From an uncultured virus (IMG/VR IMGVR_UViG_3300014826_000102) (lineage: Duplodnaviria > Heunggongvirae > Uroviricota > Caudoviricetes): a stretch of DNA of 64,000 nt. The DNA lies in IMG/VR virus record IMGVR_UViG_3300014826_000102. The stretch is one strand, 5' to 3'. Shown here piece by piece: positions 57,654 to 64,000 of this stretch. Every line of letters starts with the position of its first letter. Position 1 is the first letter of the stretch. Both the position numbers and the translations under genes were made by a program. The notes beneath the pieces were generated by a model, which saw nothing but the letters and a program-made list of their open reading frames with translations, did not search any database and was not told the origin of the DNA.

Positions 57654-60600
57654 ATATCCTTCAACTTTTCCAAATGTTTAATCTGAGCCATCAGCCCGTC
57701 GGGACCATCCAGCACCACGTAGCAGGGTATCGGCTCTGACAGTTTCTCGCGCAGTTCCTGAGCCGCTGATGACAGTTGGTCTGCAGACTCCTGCATATCC
57801 GCATTGTCGGTAGTGACATTCACCACTGGAGCAACCACACTTGCACCCTGTCCCAGCTGCCGTGTCACATCGGCAGCGGTTAGTGATCCGACGGTATTGT
57901 TGCGCTGGGCACGATCGATCAGGTCGAGCATGGGAGTGATAGCCGGATTGTTCACCGCATGGTGATTGGCGACGAACTCGCCCTCATGCACCACACCTGC
58001 CTCCCGGTGATACTTGTTACCGCCGGTATAGCCACCCTCATAATAGCCTGCCTCCTGGGCTGCAGCCTGTTTCTTGATGGCTGCCACCTGCAGCATACCG
58101 GCAGCTACGGCCATGGCTGCCGCTATAGGTGCCAGCACCTGATTGGCGGGCCAGGGAGCGCCTGCCCAGACAGAGCTATAGGCATTAAGGGCACCGATGG
58201 CTGTCTGTGCCAGCGCCTGGGCAATTTGCATCTTAACCTGTTTCCGGTTGTACTTAGTCTTGATAGCTGCTATCTCCTTCTCCTTTTTCTCCTCCAGCTT
58301 TTTCTGCCGTACCTGGTTCTTTCCGGCGGCAGCAATCTGCTTTTCGTATTTTTTCTCAACTTGTGCTGTTTCGTAGTCCGCTTGTGCGGAATACAGGTTG
58401 GAAACGGAACTCAGAATCTGGTTGACACTGTCGTATGCCACTTGCAACTGCTGAGCCATCTGCTGGCAGAACTGTGCCGTGGCTTGCGCTTTCGCCTGCA
58501 GATAAGCCTCATGGTTTTGCTGGTCATTACCATAGAGTTCTTTTAACTTCTCCATGGTTGTGGTGTACTGTTGGATAGTACCCACGAAGAATGTGTCTGC
58601 AGAGGAGCCAAGCGAGTTCCTTGCCTGATCGCCAGCCACCTTGAGCATGTCGTTTGCCGTAGCCTGGGTTTTCTCACCCGGTGTCTGGCTCTTAGAGTAT
58701 TTAGCCTGAATGGCGAGTTTGGCGCGCTGGTAATCCTCCTCTGCCAACAGTTTGTTATTGTTAAGCACCTCGAGATTTGCCAGCTCGGCAGCCATACGTT
58801 CGTTGTCGCCTGCCTCCAGATAATTCATCCGGACATCACGAAGCATCTGCTGGAAGGAGCGTTGATTGTCCAGTTTATGCTGCTCGATTCTCTCATCAAT
58901 CTCCCACTCTACCTGCATGCGCTCATAGGAGCCTTTACGGTACAACGCCGCTTTCTCACGGAGGTACATGATATCCTCCTGGAAGAGTATCTCATTCTGC
59001 TCATGCTGATTCTGGTAGAGATTGCTGTTCACATCGTTGAACTCCGACTCCCAATGGGCAAGAAGGGCTTGGTGGTTGCGCTCCAGCTCATCCTCGCGCA
59101 TACGCCCCAGTTCCTCATCCCCGTTCAGCTGGAGAGCAGCAAGACGTTTCTCCAGCCGGCTATACTCCAAGGGGTATTGCTCTGAATGGGCTCTCCAGAC
59201 TTCCATACGCCTCTGCAGCCCTTGTTCCTGAATGCGCTGCTGGTTGGCAAGGAACTGACGGTAATCCTGCTCACCTGCACGGTATCTCAGCATATTATCG
59301 GCAAGTTCGGCATCAGTGGCGGCCTTGCGAAGATCCTCCTGCTCCTTGAGTTGTTTTTTCAGTTCCTCCGCAGGATCCTTCTTATCGTCCTTTCCGGGAC
59401 TGCCTGTTGGACCAGGCGGGACATCATCATTATTTTCCACATTTACTTGCTCGGCAGACCTAATGGCATCCTTTTTCAAATCCACGCCGTAAGTATCATA
59501 TATTCCCTGCCTTTGCTTAAGGAGGTTCTCAAGCCTTTTGTTGGCATCTTGCAAATGACTCTCCGCCTGACTGGTATTCTGGTGGAGGAACATTGTCTCT
59601 GCTTGATTATAGCCAGTTGCCTTAGCCACAGAAGACTGCAGCACCTTTGTATCTTTAGCCGCCTTTTCCGCCTTGGTTATTTCCGTACGCACCTTGGCAA
59701 TCTGACTGCCTAGGTCAGCCAACAGCTCCTTAGCGCCCTCCAGTTCATACTTATGAGCGAGAGATGCGAGATAATCATCAAGAGCCTTCTTGTTCTCCTT
59801 GTATTTACCAGTCTCCTCATCCAGCTGCTCTATATATCCGGGAACTATGGACTTGATGGCATTGATGGACCGTTTACGCTCGTCAAGGCTCAGTCTCTCA
59901 TCCTTGGAGGCGGAGATCAGCAATTCCAGCTCACCACGTTCCTCCTCCATTTTCACCTTCGCGTTCTCACGCACTTTATTCAGTCCGTCCAGAGCTTTGC
60001 TAGCCTTATTTGCACTTGCGACATGATCTATCAGCAAGCCTATTACTGCAGAGGCGACAGCGGCAACCGCAGCATAAGGATTCGCCCTAAGAACACCCCA
60101 CAATTTACTAAAAGCCGTAGCGACTTTCTCATTCCATATTACCTCCGCTTTTGAGATCAGCACGTCTGCCTCTTTTTTCAGGACGAGCAGACCAATGGCG
60201 GTGGACAGTAGTATGATAGTAGAACGGTATTTGGCTACGAATTTAATAGACTCATTCAACACTTTGACAAAGGCTGAAGCCAATGACATAGTGTGTTCTG
60301 CCATAGGTAAAAGCCGTTCGCCAAGTTCTACACTCAGGTCATGGAATTGCTTGCGACGCTTATCCAAGCGCGCCTGCACCGTATTGTTCTGGACATTGAA
60401 CTCATTGAGAATAGAAGTAGCCTTCTGATACTCGACATTCGCCAGTTTCTGACGTTCCTGCACATCATCGACACGATTAGCGAGGACAGTCAGCACAGAG
60501 ACGGCACGCTGCCCGGACAGGTTCATGTCATTCAGCAAGGGAGCCAGCTCAGCGAATCCGCCCTTCTCCTTCATCGCCTTGAGGAAGGTGATGACAGCCT

Positions 60601-62200
60601 GGTTGGCATCGGTACGCAGGAGGTCCGAGAAATCCTTGACTTTTATGCCTGCCATATTGGCGAATTTCTCCGTATCCGTGAACATCTTGTTGATGAAGTT
60701 GGTAAGTGCGGTGGAAGCCGTCTCGTCCCTCAGCATATTCTCGTCGAGCACGGCAGCATATCCCATGATGGCTGTCTGTGCGATATTAGCCTGGTTAGAG
60801 ACACCTGCCATCCGGGCGGTGAAGTCAACCAGATAACCGGCTGCAGCCGAAGAGTTCTGCGACAGCTCATTGACGGCGGAACCCGTGGCAAGCATGGCAC
60901 CACGCAATCCCATCCGCTTATCCTCACCGAAGGTCTGAGCCAGCTTACCGATGTTCTTCACGGCGTTCTCGCCAAGATCATCACCTAAGGAGACGTTTAT
61001 CTTATCGGCGGCATCAACGAAGTCCATGATACCCTGCTTGCCTTTGATGCCCAGCCTGCCGGCATCACCAGCGAGTTGATTCAACCGCTCACGAGACGTA
61101 CGTGTATCTATCCTCTTGAACTCCTCGTTCATTTCGTGTACCTCTTCGGTTGTCTGCCCGGTATATTTACGCACGTTAGCCATCTCCTCCTCCATCTGGG
61201 CGAAGTCAGCGATACATTGCTGGATACGGAAGCGGAGCTGGGTAAACATTGTAATCAAGATTATGAAGGCACCCTGAACCTTGTTGAAGCCGTCAGCCAT
61301 ACGGCTTAGCCAACCTTGTTGCGCCTTGCCCTCATACCGTGTTCTCTCCAACTCAGTACGGAGCTTCTTTACTTGCAGTTCCATCTCCCGGAACTCGGCA
61401 GTACCGCGAGGGATTTTACGCATCCGCTCATTCAGTATCTTGATGGAGTACTCCAGGTCACGTATATTGGCAGAACTGATATTTGTAAGCGTCTTATTGA
61501 CTAATTCAGTCTCACGCCTGGTTACCTCAATGGATTTGTTAGCCTCCTGAATCTCCTTGTCATAACGGTCAATAGTTGACGCAAGCTGTTTTTGCTGCGC
61601 ATTGATGGCAGCTATCCTGCCTTCTATCATTACCAGGTGCTGATTCTCGGCTTTCCAGGGACCCGATGTCGGATCCAGCCCAGCCATATTCTCTCGGAGT
61701 AAAGCAGCTGCCCGGTTAAGATTATCCAAAGAAGTGTGCTCGAGATTATGTATGACCCGGTAGAGGAACTGCGCTTTATCATGGAAAGTAGCAAAGCCCT
61801 CTGCAGCATTTTTACCTTCTGACTTTATCTCTGCCAACCGGGCTTTGCATTGCTCCAGCTGACCGTTCAACACCTTGAACTCCGCACTGTCAGAAGGTAA
61901 CCCTTTCATCTGCATGCGGAGGGAACGCATTGCCTTGTTAATCTGATCTAGGGACGCTGAGGAAAGGTTTGCCAGGATATCATTTACGGACATGGTTTGC
62001 TGGCGGAAGCGCTCCATTTCCCTTGTGGCAGATTTCAGTTTCTTATCCAAGCCCTCTATCCATGAGGTATGCCCAAGAGAGAGAGCGTCTTTCTTAGCTT
62101 TCTCCAGTCTCTCTACCTTCTTCGTCAGCTTATCGAGCATATCAATGGCTTGCTGACCATTGATCTCTGTTGTGATGACGTAACGTTCGTTCTTCGCCAT
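57650..62200 (-). CDS. Tape measure protein of prophage 2
   Basis: 1516 aa, MANVRKYTG, helical repeats, GYYEGGYTG..AGVVHEGEFV. Confidence 0.9.
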   Translation of the reverse strand: MAKNERYVITTEINGQQAIDMLDKLTKKVERLEKAKKDALSLGHTSWIEGLDKKLKSATREMERFRQQTMSVNDILANLSSASLDQINKAMRSLRMQMKGLPSDSAEFKVLNGQLEQCKARLAEIKSEGKNAAEGFATFHDKAQFLYRVIHNLEHTSLDNLNRAAALLRENMAGLDPTSGPWKAENQHLVMIEGRIAAINAQQKQLASTIDRYDKEIQEANKSIEVTRRETELVNKTLTNISSANIRDLEYSIKILNERMRKIPRGTAEFREMELQVKKLRTELERTRYEGKAQQGWLSRMADGFNKVQGAFIILITMFTQLRFRIQQCIADFAQMEEEMANVRKYTGQTTEEVHEMNEEFKRIDTRTSRERLNQLAGDAGRLGIKGKQGIMDFVDAADKINVSLGDDLGENAVKNIGKLAQTFGEDKRMGLRGAMLATGSAVNELSQNSSAAAGYLVDFTARMAGVSNQANIAQTAIMGYAAVLDENMLRDETASTALTNFINKMFTDTEKFANMAGIKVKDFSDLLRTDANQAVITFLKAMKEKGGFAELAPLLNDMNLSGQRAVSVLTVLANRVDDVQERQKLANVEYQKATSILNEFNVQNNTVQARLDKRRKQFHDLSVELGERLLPMAEHTMSLASAFVKVLNESIKFVAKYRSTIILLSTAIGLLVLKKEADVLISKAEVIWNEKVATAFSKLWGVLRANPYAAVAAVASAVIGLLIDHVASANKASKALDGLNKVRENAKVKMEEERGELELLISASKDERLSLDERKRSINAIKSIVPGYIEQLDEETGKYKENKKALDDYLASLAHKYELEGAKELLADLGSQIAKVRTEITKAEKAAKDTKVLQSSVAKATGYNQAETMFLHQNTSQAESHLQDANKRLENLLKQRQGIYDTYGVDLKKDAIRSAEQVNVENNDDVPPGPTGSPGKDDKKDPAEELKKQLKEQEDLRKAATDAELADNMLRYRAGEQDYRQFLANQQRIQEQGLQRRMEVWRAHSEQYPLEYSRLEKRLAALQLNGDEELGRMREDELERNHQALLAHWESEFNDVNSNLYQNQHEQNEILFQEDIMYLREKAALYRKGSYERMQVEWEIDERIEQHKLDNQRSFQQMLRDVRMNYLEAGDNERMAAELANLEVLNNNKLLAEEDYQRAKLAIQAKYSKSQTPGEKTQATANDMLKVAGDQARNSLGSSADTFFVGTIQQYTTTMEKLKELYGNDQQNHEAYLQAKAQATAQFCQQMAQQLQVAYDSVNQILSSVSNLYSAQADYETAQVEKKYEKQIAAAGKNQVRQKKLEEKKEKEIAAIKTKYNRKQVKMQIAQALAQTAIGALNAYSSVWAGAPWPANQVLAPIAAAMAVAAGMLQVAAIKKQAAAQEAGYYEGGYTGGNKYHREAGVVHEGEFVANHHAVNNPAITPMLDLIDRAQRNNTVGSLTAADVTRQLGQGASVVAPVVNVTTDNADMQESADQLSSAAQELREKLSEPIPCYVVLDGPDGLMAQIKHLEKLKDI

Positions 62201-62263
62201 AGTTCAGTTTTGCATTAATAACAATGCAAAAGTAAACCAGGCAGATGCTTGATAAAACTACAA

Positions 62264-62294
62264 TAAAAAAAGCCCCGCCGAAGCGGAGCCTTTT
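62264..62294. terminator. Terminator hairpin
   Basis: aaaaaaa-gccccgc..gcggagc-ctttt. Confidence 0.55.
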
Positions 62295-62490
62295 ACAGTT
62301 TACCTATTTTCCGTAAATATTCTTGGTCGCGTTTACGACTTTCTTCCTCTACCTTATTTAACAATTTGATAAAATCGCCAACCTCCTTCTTTGTCGGAGG
62401 AATGGATGAAGTGTCAAATATCTTGCTTATCAGCCAGAAGAAGCCGATAATCATCAGAACCGGGAATACACTATCAAGAAGCATCGTCAT
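62293..62490 (-). CDS. Small membrane protein (moron-like)
   Basis: N-terminal TM; own TATATTTGCA promoter near 62516-62525 and terminator. Confidence 0.6.
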   Translation of the reverse strand: MTMLLDSVFPVLMIIGFFWLISKIFDTSSIPPTKKEVGDFIKLLNKVEEESRKRDQEYLRKIGKL

Positions 62491-62584
62491 AACCGTACCG
62501 TTTTAAGTTTACATTGCAAATATACAAAATTTACAGATAAGTTGTATCGTTTCAGTCGATTTTAACACTTCCAAATAAGATAGG

Positions 62585-62615
62585 AAAATCCCCCGTATCT
62601 CACGACAAAGGGGAC
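62585..62615 (-). terminator. Intrinsic terminator with GUGA loop
   Basis: Minus strand gtcccctttgtc-GTGA-gatacggggga-tttt. Confidence 0.6.
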
Positions 62616-62691
62616 ATGTTTAACTTTACAAATATAAAAAATACGGTGCAAAGATAAGAAATTCCATTGATATCTCCTAACATTGCGAAAG

Positions 62692-62720
62692 AAAAACGCC
62701 CTACCCTCACGGGCAAGGCG
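62692..62720 (-). terminator. Intrinsic terminator of lysis operon
   Basis: Minus strand cgccttgccc-GTGA-gggtagggcg-ttttt. Confidence 0.7.
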
Positions 62721-62804
62721 TACATGAATAACAAATACTAATTAAACCAAATCCTAAACTTAAAACATAATTTTAAAAATCGGAATTACTACTAAGTCAA
62801 AATT

Positions 62805-63329
62805 TTATGAACCTCTAAATATTCTCAGCTTCTTATTAAGAAGGACAGCTGCTATGACACAGGAGAGGAATCCCAGACAAAAAGCGTAAAGGTAATTCGG
62901 CAACCTCGTGTAGAACGGAGGGTCCCTGACGATGACCTTCTGGCGGGACATTAATTCTTTAAGTTCCCTCAGCTCCATAAGGGTACTATTCCTTTCCTCA
63001 ATGGAGACTTTAGCCAATTCCCGGTAGAATTGTATACTGTCGGATGAGTGGCTCACACGCTCTCTGCTATGCCAGTGCTCCTGGGAGATGATATTACCCT
63101 GTTGATCCTTGATGATGACAGAGGAATCCTTGGTACTGGTAGAGTCAGTCTTTGACTTGACGGCACGGACTGAGTCCTTCCAGCGTATGGAATCCTTGAT
63201 ATTCACACTGTCACGGATATGGACGGAGTCACGGACGGCGGTCGACTGTCGCTCCATGGAGCGTGATGTCTTGCAGCCATACAGCCCTAATAGGGCGAAA
63301 AACGGGATGATGATTAACAGTTGTCGCAT
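62805..63329 (-). CDS. Lipoprotein with C-terminal TM (spanin-like)
   Basis: LYGC lipobox, DSV repeats, C-terminal hydrophobic helix. Confidence 0.65.
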   Translation of the reverse strand: MRQLLIIIPFFALLGLYGCKTSRSMERQSTAVRDSVHIRDSVNIKDSIRWKDSVRAVKSKTDSTSTKDSSVIIKDQQGNIISQEHWHSRERVSHSSDSIQFYRELAKVSIEERNSTLMELRELKELMSRQKVIVRDPPFYTRLPNYLYAFCLGFLSCVIAAVLLNKKLRIFRGS

Positions 63330-63790
63330 CTTGATATCTTATTAAGTTCAGCATACTCATCCATTGCGTTGAAACAGGGACATGCCTTGACGTATTCCCA
63401 TGGATCAACGATACCGTTATGATTCAGGTCTGGAGAGACATCCCGATGACCCATAATCAGTGCATCAGGATACTTCATCTTCAATTTGGCGACCCAGTCG
63501 TAAAGAGCCATCTTCTGTTGCTCCGTCCGGTTGTCAATACCCTTCGGGTGCGCCTTATCGATGCCGCCTATCCATGCTACATGGATGGAATGGGCATTGT
63601 AGCCTTTCACTCCGTTTGCCACCTTGCCCTCGTCGAGCAACTGGTGGACGTTACCCTGACAGTCTATCACCCAGTGATATCCGGGAGCGGACCAGCCCTT
63701 CGCCCGGAACTCCGCAAGCAGGGAGGCGATAGTGGTTGACTGCTGGTAAGATGCCGTGCAATGGACGAATATACGTGTAATGGATCTCAT
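63314..63790 (-). CDS. N-acetylmuramoyl-L-alanine amidase endolysin
   Basis: IFVHCTA, GYHWVI, GHRD, KACPCF. Confidence 0.92.
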   Translation of the reverse strand: MRSITRIFVHCTASYQQSTTIASLLAEFRAKGWSAPGYHWVIDCQGNVHQLLDEGKVANGVKGYNAHSIHVAWIGGIDKAHPKGIDNRTEQQKMALYDWVAKLKMKYPDALIMGHRDVSPDLNHNGIVDPWEYVKACPCFNAMDEYAELNKISRCDNC

Positions 63791-63791
63791 A

Positions 63792-63998
63792 TCATTCTTT
63801 TTTTAAGTTCATTTCCGGAAGGCGACTGTCAATATAGTCCTTCACCTCTGTCACTTTACCCCGTACCCATATTGAGATGCCGAACACGCCCCCAGAGAAC
63901 GAGATACACATACCTAGCACACCAAGGACACCGTTTGTGACATCCCCCTGCATCAAGAAATTGATATAGCAGAGTGCAATGCCGGCTACCAGCGAGAA
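63792..63998 (-). CDS. Holin (partial, 5' end outside window)
   Basis: FSLVAGIALCYINFL..VLGVLGMCISFSGGVFGISIWV..KKE*; two TM segments, upstream of amidase. Confidence 0.65.
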   Translation of the reverse strand, partial: FSLVAGIALCYINFLMQGDVTNGVLGVLGMCISFSGGVFGISIWVRGKVTEVKDYIDSRLPEMNLKKE

Positions 63999-64000
63999 GA

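Larger units (their letters stand above)
54523..64000. mobile_element. Prophage 2 (partial), integrated at tRNA-Met
   Basis: Integrase directly after tRNA, then tail, tape measure and lysis genes on the opposite strand. Confidence 0.85.

Noticed and set aside
57959..61550. Long plus-strand ORFs opposite the tape measure gene
   Set aside because: Antisense shadows of a long coding gene, with no recognisable motifs.

Overview
Bacteroidales (Prevotella-like; TAnnTTTG promoters) chromosome segment. Host genes (TonB-dependent receptor, His/Cys-rich ORF, fabG, TetR regulator, tRNA-Met) flank a ~50 kb apparently complete siphovirus-type prophage (about 3229-53636) inserted between tetR and fabG. 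It carries a repressor switch, a PolA/primase/SNF2 replication module, a DNA-modification cassette, HK97-type head, tail, lysis genes and an integrase. A second prophage starts at tRNA-Met (integrase, tape measure, lysis genes) and runs off the right edge. The strongest signal is a diversity-generating retroelement (DGR) footprint. Two CLec-like target genes 36.7 kb apart, one in the tail module and one unexpectedly in the early region, share a ~120 bp variable repeat that differs mostly at adenine-compatible positions, and each is followed by a GAAA hairpin. I found no reverse transcriptase or template repeat, only a truncated avd-like stub. Other signals: five poly-G tracts, three of them at frame breaks in the PAPS-reductase-like and C5-methyltransferase genes; a 53 bp inverted copy of primase sequence inserted in frame in another gene; a 13-mer operator candidate in four copies; a c4-like RNA leader; a Tad2-like anti-defence gene; and possible read-through of fabG from the prophage lysogenic operon. 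All family calls come from motif recognition by eye; no database search was run.
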